A DNA stretch of 64,000 nt from Paragordius varius (Eukaryota > Animalia > Nematomorpha): the NCBI GenBank assembly GCA_964247055.1, contig OZ176052.1, positions 9,362,001 to 9,426,000 of the forward strand. Reading direction: 5' to 3'. The notes under the pieces were generated by a model. The model saw only the letters and a list, made by a program, of their open reading frames with translations. It had not been told where the DNA came from and made no database searches. This document shows positions 12,369 through 25,200 of the stretch, one piece after another. Position numbers and translations under genes: made by a program. Within the stretch, counting starts at the first letter, position 1. Each line of letters opens with the position of its first letter.

Positions 12369-14578
12369 ACCATTCAATTTCAAATATGATTTATGTTTAC
12401 TTATTTTCGATTGCGCCTAACATAGTCGTCTCGCTTTTTTAATTTAGGCCCTCTTTTTACCCGCTTCCGCCGTAAAATGCCATTTTTTTCAAAAAACAAA
12501 GTCCACAAAAATTTTTTTTTAAATCTTTTTTTTGACCAAGGTATGAGACCGTAAAGATCAATAAAGATTCCACGTATTCCCTGCTAAAAGACAAAAATTT
12601 TAGTCAAGCGTTTCTATGATGATAGCTACTGGGTAATGAGCTACCCGCTAAAAACTGATTTTTCATGTGGCTTTGTGATCTGTTTCTGGAAAACCGGTGA
12701 ACCCATTCAAATCCAAACATAGAAAAAATATAATCATTAATGAATGCCCCGACAATAGCTTCGCCCTTTTCTGAAATAGGCCTGCAGTTCGGGCCCACCC
12801 CGTGTGAAAAACGGGTTGAGACAATTTTCCGGAGAACGTGTTGGACCATTCAATTTCAAATATGATTTTTGTTTACTTATTTTCGATTGCGCCGAACATA
12901 GTCGAGTCACTTTTTTGATTTAGGCCCTCTTTTTACCCGCTCCCCCCGTAAAATGCCATTTTTTTCAAAAAACAAAGTCCACAAAAATAATTTTTTGATT
13001 GTATTTTTTTGCCCAAGGTATGAGACTGTAAAAATTTAATAAGGATTTTTCGTTTTCCCTGTTAAAAGGCAAAAATTTTAGTCAAGCGTTTCTTTGATGA
13101 TAGCTGCTGAATAAGGAGTATCTATCATATGCATAGGATGTTAAAAAATATATGGATAATAAAACATTATTTATGGTAATCTATATATTTAAAAAAATGG
13201 AAAATGCTGGCTTTGTGATCTGGTACCGGAAAACCGGTAAACCCAATCAAATCCAAATATCAAAAAAATATAATCATTAATAAATGTCCCGACAATAGCT
13301 TCGCCCTTTTTTGAAATAGGCCCCCAGTTCGGGCATACCCCGTGTGAAAAACGGGTTGAGACAATTTTCCGGAGAACGTGTTGGACCATTCAATTTCACA
13401 TATGATTATTGTTTACTTATTTTTGATCGCGCCGAACATAGTCGTCTCACATTTTTGATTTAGGCCCTCTTTTTACCCGCTATCCCCGTAAAATGCCATT
13501 TTTTTCAAAAAAAAACAAAGTATACAAAAATAATTTTTTGATTGTATTTTTTTCAAGGTATGAGACTGTTAAAATTCAATAATGATTTTTCGTATTCCCT
13601 GTTAAAAGGCAAAAATTTTAGTCAAGCGTTTCTTTGATGATAGCTGCTGAATAAGGAGTATCTATCATATGCATAGGATGTTAAAAAATATATGGATAAT
13701 AAAACATTATTAATGGTAATCTATATATTTAAAAAAATGGAAAATGCTGGCTTTGTGATCCGGTACCGGAAAACCGGTAGACCCAATCAAATCCAAATAT
13801 CAAAAAAATATAATCATTAATAAATGTCCCGACAATAGCTTCGCCCTTTTTTTGAAATAGGCTCCCAGTTCGGGTCCGCCTAGTGTGAAAAACGGGTTTT
13901 TTTGAAAACAGAAGTCCGCAAAAATCGTGTCTTTGAGACAATTTTCCGGAGAACGTGTTGGATCATTCAATTTCAAATATGATTTTTGTTTACTTATTTT
14001 CGATTGCGCCTAACATAGTCGTATCGCTTTTTTAATTTAGTCCCTCTTTTTACCCGCTCCCCCCGTAAAATGCCATTTTTCCTCCCGCCCCCCAGAAGTC
14101 GGAAGGACTTCCTCGGGCTGCGTAGCAGCACGAGATTTACGCTAGTATATTATAAATATGCTGATTTAACAATATAATATTATTAAACATGCATTTTTAT
14201 AACATTATCATTTATTATCCAGTTATTTCGAAAAAAAACAATCAAGCACTTATTCCATATATGTGAACCAATAAAATAAAAAACATTCTATAATAGGATA
14301 TTTTAATGATGAAAGAAAGTGTAAAACACACTAGGTGGAATTTTATTTGAAATATCCAGTATTAACAGCTATGAATTTGATGATTCAGAAGGCCACAAAC
14401 ATGTGGCAAATTTAATTTCAAACAATTTTTTTGATTAAATTTGATTGAAAATATTTGTAAATAAATATCAAAAAACGTATAATACAATATTTTTAGAAAA
14501 AACATGATATTTTTAGAGAAACGCAAGTGTAAATCGAACTTTATTTTGACAATCCAATATCGAGTGATACTTAATTAA

Positions 14579-15712
14579 CACTTCGATTCAAATTGGGGTA
14601 TCTAAATACCCCAGACTAAATTTAAGTCAGGATCTTTAAAAAACTACTGAAGGAAACGGTTCCAATTTAAATTTAAGCTTCTATCCTAATAAAAATTATA
14701 TAAATATGCAAAAATATCTAAATAAAATGTTTTTTTGAAAAAAAAGTTCCATGTCAAACTTCTTCGGCGCCATTTTTATTTTACAACATGCAAAATATCG
14801 TCTTCATTTAATTTTAAGGGTAAAATTAAAGCTAATTTTTTATGTAAATAACATCGAACATTGATAGAAATAGAAAAGGCGGTTTATTTTATATTATTTT
14901 TTAATTTTAACACTTGGATACAACACAGTCATTTTAGTCCTTCGATTCAAATTGGGGTAGTTGGATACCCCAGGTCTGTTTAAAATCAAATATTTTACAA
15001 AGTATGGAAGCAATCGAAACCATGGCAAAATTTTGCACTTATATAACATTAAACCGAAATATATAAAAAATTTTATTCAAAAATACTTGATATTACTTAT
15101 TTTGAGCTAAAACTGAAAGGTAAAAATTACTCAACGTGACATGTGTCAAATTGTAAAATTAAAAAATAATATAAAATAAACCGCTTTATCTATTTCTATC
15201 AATGTTAGATGTAATTTATATAAAAAAATTAAATGAAGACGATATTTTGCAAAATTTATGTAAAATAAAAATGGCGTCGAAGTAGTTTGAGATGGAACTT
15301 TTTTTTCAAAACAAAATTTTATCAAGATATTTTGGCATATTTATATAATATTTATCAGGATAGAAGTATAAATTTAAATTGGGACCGTTTCCTTCAGTAG
15401 TTTTTTAAAACTTTTAATTTAAAGTTAGTCTGGGGTATTTAGATACCCCAATTTAAATCAAGTGTTAACATTGCACACATGTCACATTGACTAAATTTTT
15501 ACCTTTCAGTTTTAGCTTAAAATAAGTAATATCCAGTATTTTTGAATAAAATTTTTTATATATTTCGGTTTATTAATGTTATATAAGTGCAAAATTTTGC
15601 CATGGTTTTAATTTCTTCCATGTTTTTTACAGAATTTAATTTTAAACAGGCCTGGGGTATTTAACTACCCCATTTTGAATCGAAGGACTAAAATGAATGT
15701 GTTGTTTAAGTG
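14579..15712 (+). mobile_element. piggyBac-like MITE (outer copy) inside the hAT element
   Basis: TTAA|CACTTCGATTCAAATTGGGGTA at 14575-14600; ends TACCCCATTTTGAATCGAAG...GTGTTGTTTAAGTG at 15712 (right flank AAAA, not TTAA). Colinear with the uninterrupted copy at 41694. Confidence 0.8.
14911..15464 (-). mobile_element. piggyBac-like MITE (inner copy) inserted inverted into its own family member
   Basis: TTAA at 14907-14910 and 15465-15468 flank CACTTGGATAC...AATCAAGTG. Removing it plus one TTAA restores attttaacattgcacacatgtcac, matching the uninterrupted copy at about 42015-42045. Confidence 0.85.
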
Positions 15713-16220
15713 AAAAGTGGTCATGACCGAGGTCATGATGGTCTGACCGGATTTTTTTCAAAAAGCAGTCAAATGCACAACCCTAGTTATTAAAGCTAAA
15801 ATAAAGCTTTTTTTTTATTTTATTTACATCCAACAATGATATAAACTGAAAAAGTGGTTTATTTTGAATATTTTTATTTAGCTAATCATGTCGCGTAGAC
15901 TAAATTTTTTTAGCTTTCTCAATAAAATAAGTAATATTAAGTTTTTATTTCGGTGCATTAATGTTATATAAGTAAAACTGTTGTAATGATATTTAAAATG
16001 TTACATATCTTTAGAAATATTTGATTTTAAACAGACCGGGTTTCTCTAAAGACCCCAATTCGAATTGGATGACTGAAAAAAATTGTTGTATCCTAGTGTT
16101 AATAAATGAATCAGAGCAATTATAAATAACTTGGTAGGAATGTGCCTAAAAACTTTTAATTGAAACATCATTTTCTTTTTCTTAATTACCATGAAAATTA
16201 TTTTGCACTCATACCTAAGC

Positions 16221-19200
16221 ATGTCACGCCTGTTAATCAGGTGTAAAGGGTTCATGGGATTGTTATTTATTTTGATCGTGGTTTATATTAAATACTCAAT
16301 GGAGTATACGCATTGGATAGTATCAAACAAAGGGAAAATACACGCATTGGTATACCTTAAAAATATTTTAGGCTGATTCAATATATTCAATAAAACAACC
16401 CGATAATTTATATTTATTCTTGGATCAAGAAAGAAAAGTCAATAAATTACATTGTTTAAAGCAACAGTTGGTTAAAGAGCGTGTCAATATTGATGTTACC
16501 AAAGATGTGAAGGATTTAAGCGATATTGATGCATGGTTTTACAAAAAAGATAAGGATTGTATAATGGCTGAAAAACCATTAAGTCAATTAGATTTGTATG
16601 TTAGCACTCTAATATCACCAGAATCATTAGGGATAGAGTTTTTTTTATTCTAATAATATAGTCAAAATGATCATATTCCATTTCAAACAAATTCAAAACA
16701 TTTTTCCCTACCCGATTGTTCTAAAGTAGCAGATCTCTCTTACAACATTAGATCACTGGACTATCTTGAAGTTAGTGAAAAATAATAAATATTTTTAGTC
16801 GGTGCAAAAACGAAATTCTTTATCTATACCGGCCGAAACTGCATTGAAGGTAGTGCTACCGTTCGTGGATAGTTTAACGGAATATGGCCATGTTATCTAT
16901 GAGGGTTTGGTGAAGGTAGAATATTTAAATAACGTATCTATACATACAGTTATAGAATATCTTTTGGCACTACTTCTTTTTTATTAATGGACGGTTTTTA
17001 GAAATAGTATTAAATGTTTATAGAACCAAAGTTCCTGGATCTTGTATGACATGGCTACATTTTTCTGGCGAATTAAGGGTGATGGGCCTCGCGCCGTGGA
17101 ATGTATTAGAAGATCCTTGTACTATTCTCCTAAGTAAACCTTATTTCTAATTTATATTTATTATGAAATTTTGTTTAATATATATGTTGGATGTGTTTAT
17201 TCACCCTATGATAAAGATGAAGTTGAATAAGGTTTAAGTTTAATATTAGTTTAATCTTTTGTTCCTGATAGGATAAAAGTATAATAGGGATGATATATCT
17301 TTGTGTAATGGCTAGCCATTGTATCCGTATAGAAGCGGTCTGTAATATTTGCGATCCTCCCAGGCGTTTTCATCAATGTTGGCAACACTCAAATCATTAT
17401 TTATTGTTTTTTCCCAGTTAGATGTTGGTCTACCCCTGCGTTTGTTACCTTCGGGATGTAGGGATAAAATTTATTTGTTCATTGTTCTGGAGCACGTTTG
17501 ATGTGTTTGAAATATCTAAGCCTATTTTTCAGAGCATAACATTTAAAGGTTCGATTTAATAGAGTTGATGCAATTTGAATTTGACTTATTGGGGTCGAAT
17601 AAATGGAATTAAAATTAATTAATTATTACACACGTCATTACTATTGTTTTTTTTTCGAATATAAAATTGATGAATACTAAAAATATTTATAAATAGCTAT
17701 CGCTTTTACCCCTTTATCCTACTTTAGGTCTCTCTCTCTTTTTACGTAAAAAAATGTATTTATAACCCTTTTCCAGCAAATACAAACCCATAGCGCTAGT
17801 TAATTTAGCCAACGTTTTAACGCGATCAGGTCATGCTGCAGATGCCTTGGAAGCCATACTCCTCATTCAAACTCTTAATTTGACTGAAGGTGATTTCCTC
17901 GCACCAATCCCACAAAATTTATTACCGCAAGAGAAAATTATGAAGGAACGTATTCGGGACGTGATTAAGCATAAACCGTTTGAAGATTTTCTCATACCAT
18001 ACATGTTAGGCAATATATATGCTGTAAGATTTGCCTTATAGTACCTTTATATTTTTGTGATGCAAATATGGTTTAAATGGGATTATATGTAACATAAAAA
18101 TCTCATTTAATTCTTCATTTTTACGTTTTTTTTCAAAAAATGGGATAAAATTTAAAAGTCAGCACTAAAAAAATCCATTTAACCTAATTTTTTTGTTTTA
18201 AATCCATTTTTTTAAACTTTAAATTTTTTGGGTGCGAAGGAATAAAGATCTTAATTGGTAGCCTTAAGAATTAGAATCATAATTATATTGTATAAAATAT
18301 TTTGAATTAAAAAATATTTTTCTTTATTCGTTTTTACTCTTTATGTATGGCTTTCACAATTTTGATTGATTAATATGATAGTTATTGGCAAATTACACCG
18401 AGTCTGTGGCCTCTTTTAGGCAAGCCCTACGCCTTAAACCAGGATTTAAACCAGCCATACAAAAATTACATGCAGTGCTTTGTCATGATAAACTTATCAA
18501 AGCTTTGGAATATCAACATGAGTAATTTTTTTACATATACTTTAAAATATCTTGTCGATAAACATTTATTTATTTGTTATATATATAAATTAAATTATTT
18601 GAGTTCAATTATATCAACATATTATTTCAAATTATATCAAACATATTTTAACAATTTTGACAATATTTATACATTTATCCATCTTTTTTTAATTGCAGCA
18701 CCCTACAAAGTACACTTGAAAACCTTCAAGCTTTTCAGAAAAAACATGAGATTTGGACAAAACTGTATCAACAGTTAACGTCAGAAGTTTTACCCATGGA
18801 TGTGCGGATGAAAAAATTGACTGAATATGAAGAATATTTAGTACATAATCGGCAAAAAATGGTACCTTGGTCTCTAAAATCAACTTTTGATAGTCCAACT
18901 ATAAACGCCGATGAATTAGGTCTGGAAACGTTTAATTTGATTTCGAAATATATTTACTATACTTAAAACAAAATTGTAATAATTTTAAAAGATCCTAACA
19001 ATAATTTACAATATCATACAAAATACTTATAAAAACACAGAATATTTTTAATTTCAAAATTCATAGATGGGTTAGAAGCAATGGGCAAGCGAGAAAATCA
19101 AGGGCACGGAATAAGTTACAAAAAAATTACGGTATTCACTGATAAATTAATCTTATATTTTTAACATATTTATATATATGATTCATTCCGCATATTTTAT

Positions 19201-22200
19201 TTTAGGAAATGAAGAAAAATTATAGGAGACTAAGTGAGTTCGCACCACGTCAAGATAAAATCCGCGATATTTACGAAATTTATCCATTTGACCCATTTGA
19301 ACCGGCAAAATTTATTGAACAATTCAATCATCCATCAAGTTATTATTTTTAACATCGTAAATATCGCTTTTAAATTGGATTCGAATTATATAATTTTACT
19401 ATTTTACCAATATTTTAGTTTGCTGATTACACAAGTAATATATACCGTCTTTTTACATCAATATACTTGTTTAATATTTTATGTTTTATGACACATATAT
19501 TTCATAAGGTGATTCCGAATCAAAAAACAGTCATAAAAATTACGAAAAAATTGACGAATCAATCCAAACTGATCATGATTTGGGTGGAGGAGAAAAAACT
19601 GTGAATTATTTGCAGCAACCCTTTTCCCCAACCAACACGCTTCATAAATGGAAAAGTGCCGATAAACAATGGCATAAAGCGAAAACGCATGAGGAGTATA
19701 TTTTTATAATTTTTTTATATATTAGTCCCCTTATAATGGGCGTTTTCATATTTAAAGATTATTTGTAAACTAATTAGCTTTTGTTGGCTATCAGGCTATT
19801 TTCAAATTCATAAATAGGGTCTTAGATATAAGCGTCAAAATTATTTTTGAGTCTTAACTTTGTTTGGTTTGTAAAATCTTTGTCTAAACTTTCAGCGAAT
19901 TTAGCGAATTGTTCATTGATGCCGCGTTTAATGGCTATTGAAAATCGCACTATTTATCATCATTTTTTTTAAAATATTTTTCATTTGTTGTATGCCTGAC
20001 ATTTAGCCTAACAATGGTTTTATGACGTATTGCCATCACCACATTTTGGTTTTTCATAGATTTTGTGAAGCCCATATTTTTTAGCTGCTGCAAGAATGGT
20101 GGATTTAAAGTTTTACTATAAGATTATTTTATGTTCTGGTAAAGGCAAATCTGTGTTTTTAATATATTCAGATAATAATGGGTTTTAATTCTATAGATTT
20201 TTTTAGTTAACTACGGTCTAAAGAATTTGCATAACTAAGTATATCATGTGTGAGGGGTTTCCAAAATTATAATTACATGCTGATTAGGTTATTTCTAAAA
20301 AAGTACTAGCAATTATGAGTTGGTTTTGAGAGAATTTTAGTAAACTTAATCCATCTTGTCAAGATCAACACCATTGTAATAAACAGCCTTAGACAAAACA
20401 AAATAGATATATGTTTTGTCCAAAAGGACAGATTGAAAGGAGAGGGATTAAAAAAGTTAGACGAATATACGTTATTCTACAAAGGAAATCACAAGGGTTA
20501 AGAGGGATTAGCGATATTCACTAAAACGGCTATGGTGATAACATTATTGTAGTAATAAGACATAATGCAAGAATGATTCAAATAAAAATTTGATGAATGA
20601 TAATATAATAAATATTATTCTGCACCTCAATCCGGTCTAATCTTTATTTTGATGAACAAAACTTTTTCTAACGAACAAACTTTTGTTGGCGGTGATTTTA
20701 ATTGCCATATTATTAAAGTAATATTAACAATGATCAAACTGGTTCATCGTGGATGAAATTTGCACGAATTTTGTAAAACCTAATTAACCTATGACCTATA
20801 ATTTTGGAGACCGTTCATATATGATAGACTTTATATTGATTCCAATATACATAAAGAAATATTCAACCATTAAACTGACTATCAATCCTCTAACTAGACA
20901 AGCCAACAACAGCATTTATGATTGACCGTAATTCAACTACAAAAAATTAATATGTCAAAAAATATCTAAAATTATTATCTGAATATTTTAATAACACAGA
21001 TACCTACCTATACCATAACATAATGTTAAAATGTTTTGGCGAAACTTTATATTATTCATTCTTGCATCTGCTAAAAAAACTGTGACTTCATAAAGCCTAT
21101 GAAAAATCGAAAAAACTGGCGATGGAAAAACGATGTAAAACCATTTTTGCGCGAAAAATGTAAAGCTTACACAAATGGGAAATTTTCAAGCAAAAAGTTC
21201 TGTATATTCATAAGTTGTACTGGCATATGTAATGTATAAAATCGCTTTAATAAACCATAAAGTATGAATATTATGAACATGAAACAACAAATTTTAGCAA
21301 ATAATATATTTATTTTAATAAATGAATAATAATGAATTAAAAGAAAATTTTTTTATACTTTTGGTTTTCAAGTTTCGATTATTAGGTTAGTTAATTCCAC
21401 AGTCTAAGCATGTATGTATATGTTGTAGATGGTATGAACCCCCACCTTCGCTTTCCCTATTGGCTGACAGGAGAGTAGTCATTGAAGCTGAATTAAATCG
21501 TTTAAGATCGACAGGTAAGTTTCTTTCTTTTTAACATTCTATCTTGATTTCATTATTCTTTCTTTAACAAAATATTTTAAATGGATATTTTTATTACATT
21601 TTTCAATGAAAAAATAATTATTTGTTTAATCGTTTATTCAAGTACTGCTGAATCTTAGTGAATTATTTTAAATCCCATTTTTTTTCCGAAAAATTTAAGT
21701 TTATCTTTATTATATTGACACTTTATGTGATAACATATTTTAAGCGGGTAAGTGATCAGTACCCAACCCTATCTGCAGTATACATCTTTAAACATTATTA
21801 TATCAATAGATTTGCACTTTATTGCGCTAGATAGGAATATAGTTTTTTTAGTTTAATTATTTTATGAATGTATTTAGTTAGCAATAGATTCTTATATATT
21901 GCTGCGCTTTATATAAATCTATAATAAAACGAAACACCATTCTATTGAATATTATATGAGCCTGACCTTTTCTTACGCATTATTTGCATTTAGATGATCC
22001 AGAATCAACCAAGTTACGAAATCGTAAGCGGAAACAACTCAAAAAGGTTATGGATGAGTTGTCTAGGGAAGGAGGTGATCCCTTACGAACCCTAGATGAG
22101 TTTTTAGAGAGTTTAGATAACGCAGATAACAATGATGATTTAGATGACCCTTTAAACAAGGCTGGGGTTAACTCTATGAGTGCGAATAATAAGCGGCCAC

Positions 22201-25200
22201 ATAAAACATTTCTGGAGCTTGCAGAATGTGGTCAATTATTTCGACACTTTTTCAATGCTGAACAACGCATTGTACAATACCGTAAAGGGTATGTTTTATT
22301 ACACTATACACTTTTATACTTTGAATTTTTTGTGGATTCACCAACATATCTATTTTGGTGGGTAGGATTTTATATATCTTTAAAATAAGTATTAAAACAA
22401 TCTTAACGGTTTTTTATTTTATATATACCAACAAAGAATTATTAGATATTAGATTATGTTACATATATAAAAATTTAATTGCAATAACGTAACATAGTTA
22501 TTCACTAAAAATAAGCTAATATTAAAGGAAACCATTGATGGTTTTACTCTATACACTGCTCTTGTTTATAAAATTTTATACATTAAAAGCCTGTTATGGA
22601 AAATGGTAGAGTTCCGAATAAAATGAGATATTAAAATCTAATAAACAAAAACAAATTTTGTTTTTAATCCATATGTTTGGTAGGCCGGAAAACTCCAATT
22701 TTGGTCGTATTTTATCCGCAATCTTAAGCCTTGATCAAAATCCTGAGGCTGAAATAAATAACATGGATGTGAATAACTATTTTTTGGGCCGTATTCCTGC
22801 GGGTTATTTGGCACCAGAAGCTAGAGGATGGATTCAGTATTTTTTAGTTTTTTTGTAATCTTTAATTAGAAGTTAATCCAAAAAACTTTGGTGATGTAAA
22901 AAATATTTTATTATGTTTTGATAAAATTCTGAGTTTATCTTAATTTTTTTGTATAGCACAATATCATTACTCAATGAAAAGCAGGGTATATATCTGCCAC
23001 ATGCCGCTGATCAAGATGAATCTACGGTTGAAATCAATAGCCCCTCTAATGGTAATTTTTAAAAAAACTGTTCCGTAATCAATAATTATTTTCAATTCCC
23101 GATAACTTATTTGACATTAATCATGAACACCTTGTAATGTTAACCAAACGAGATAAGTTTTTTGGTGTCCTACATTGTGTGTTTAATTGTTCCTTATATA
23201 AGCCGAACCTTATTTCTTAGGCTTGTCCCATAGGTTTTTGTAACTATATAGCTATTGTTTGTTTCATAATCTCTTTAGTTCTAATATTGATACAATGAAG
23301 GTCATGTTCGTTTTGAAACAGCTGTAAACTTTTAAATCTATTTGAACTTATCTTTTTTCCCTTCTACTACACAATTTTCTCCCGTTGGGGAGGTTGCGGA
23401 AAGGAATGCCATCCTCGTATAAAAAATTTGGTGAAAAATCGAAATTCCGGATAGCGACTTGGAATGTTAATACACTGACAGCGAGATCAGAAGAAATTGC
23501 CTCTAGACTTTATGAAAGAAAAGTGGGTATCTGTTCTATTCAGAAAATCAAATGGAAAGGGCAAGGTACCAAAACTGTTGGAAATTTTCATTTAATTTGG
23601 TGTGGTAATTCCGATAAAAGAAATAAGACGGGAGTCGCCATTTTTATCGCGCAACGTTTAAAATCTTATATTATTTCAACTCATTACATTAACGAGCGTA
23701 TTATGTTCGTAAAAATAAAAATCCTACAATATATTCTCATTGTACGCATTGGTCTCTGGTACAATCTCTGTAGTATCAGATGCGTTTTGATCAACTATCA
23801 AATTTCAAATGGAGTCCCTGAAAATGAAAAATTAATTCTTTCTGGAGACCTTAATGGTCATATCGGCAATTTGCCTATCCCAAATGTACACGAAGGATTT
23901 AATCTTAATTCCCTTAATAATAGTAAATGTATTCTTGATTTTGCAACAAATAACAGTTCAACAATAATTAATACCTTACACATCTAAATATTCCACTTAT
24001 GTTTCGGGCAAATCAAGTACTGCCATCGATTTGATTATTTCAAGCTATTCTTTAAAAAACTTTACAAATATTAGAACAATCCCCGAACTGCGATTGCAAC
24101 ACAAGTTGGTAATCGCAGATCTTAAAATTACCCTATCACATCACCCAATTAACACAGTATCAAAACTACGTTACAACAAACTAAAACATCCATTTACCGT
24201 GGAAGCCTATAAAAAGCTGGTATCAGATAAGGTCTCTAATTCAGACTCTATTAACTGGAGCACCTTCAGACAATTATGTGTTGATTCATTGGAAAAGGTA
24301 GCAGGACGCTGTAAAAAGGTAAATAACATTAAGTTCAAATGGTGGTGGGACGTTGCTATTAAGGATTGTATTAGATTAAAAAAGTTAACTTTTAAGAAAT
24401 GGAAAGCCGAAAAAACAGTTCAAATTAGAATATTCCATTAAAAAGAAAAAATGTCGGAAGATAATAAGGGAAATGATAAGCAAAAAGGGTCATGAAGAGG
24501 GCTTGAAATTGGATACCCAGGTTAAATCACAATCCATATACAAATCAATAAAAGATTCATTTTCTATTCTATCAAAACAAGCAATCAAGCTACCCGATAA
24601 CTCTATAAGCTATGATCCTATCATAATAAAACAAACATGGAGGAACCATTTCTACAAAATATTCAACAGTAATGATAGTAATGCTTTTATACCATGTTCT
24701 ACCCCTGTATTAAGTTGTGCTGAACAGTTTACGGAAATTGATATTTAAGATGTAAATTGGTGAAAATACAAAACACTGATAATTTATTAAAAATTTCGTG
24801 ATATTTATATTTTTTTATTAATGATAATTTTAACATGCATGTGCGTCAAAATTGTAAGAATATGTCTTTTATTCTACGAATATATATATGAGAATTCCAC
24901 GAATAATGACGCACGGACATAAACGCCAAACGCGATTAATATAATAATATGATGTAAGATAAAAATACAATGATGCAATGTTGTAATATCAACTACATAT
25001 CATTCTCTTCATCCTCTAAAAAACGCTTAGGAGGTTTGCGGACTCGATCTGGGTAACGCCTGGGGGCCTCACTCTGCTCACCATCCGACCTCAGTTGATC
25101 GGCATGTTTCCTCATCTCTTTTCCATCTTCATCCTCTACTTCGTAGGATAACGGCCCCGTCCTTACTTCAACCGTACCCGGTCGCCATCCTCTTATCTCG

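Larger units (their letters stand above)
6609..14145 (+). mobile_element. Non-autonomous Helitron composed almost entirely of about 480/540-bp tandem repeats
   Basis: Starts A|TCTATAG (6609) and ends CTAG|T (14142-14145), with no TSD. 3' hairpin CTCG-G-GCTGC-GTA-GCAGC-A-CGAG at 14112-14134 lies 7 nt before CTAG. The uninterrupted sister hAT MITE reads aaaa|tata at the equivalent site (about 39990). Repeat marker gtgatc at 6644, 7122, 7662, 12675, 13215, 13755. Confidence 0.85.
6452..15785 (+). mobile_element. hAT-type non-autonomous element (about 0.66-kb MITE inflated to 9.3 kb by nested insertions)
   Basis: TIRs TAGGGTTGTGC (6452) and GCACAACCCTA (15785); perfect 8-bp TSD GTTATTAA at 6444-6451 and 15786-15793. 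Ends and 14150-14570 are homologous to the 527-bp copy at 39854-40380. TAGGG termini with an 8-bp TSD are hAT hallmarks. Confidence 0.9.
6231..16098 (+). mobile_element. Old piggyBac-like MITE copy hosting the whole hAT/Helitron/LTR stack (pieces about 6231-6451 and 15786-16098)
   Basis: 6231-6430 (ttgattcaaattgaagta...cgttccaatt...ttctatcctgataaaaatt...ccatttttattttacaaa) matches the left half of the MITE at 14579. 15794-16098 continues with the right half and ends GTTGTATCCTAGTG followed by TTAA at 16099-16102. Confidence 0.7.

Noticed and set aside
6618-13941. Repeated 66-101 aa minus-strand ORFs (MVQHVLRK...FINDYIF...WVYRFSG) as a tandem peptide gene family
   Set aside because: They are by-products of the Helitron repeat unit: one copy is frameshifted, one has a scrambled N-terminus, C-termini vary, and many differences are non-synonymous. 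A dN/dS test or ribosome profiling would be needed to revive the idea.
890-14145. Tandem arrays as CRISPR-like repeat-spacer arrays
   Set aside because: Units of 112 and 480-540 bp repeat along their whole length with no unique spacers, no cas-like ORF is present, and the context is eukaryotic.
6452-15785. 9.3-kb hAT element as an autonomous transposon
   Set aside because: No transposase ORF; the length is fully explained by nested insertions into a MITE of about 0.66 kb.
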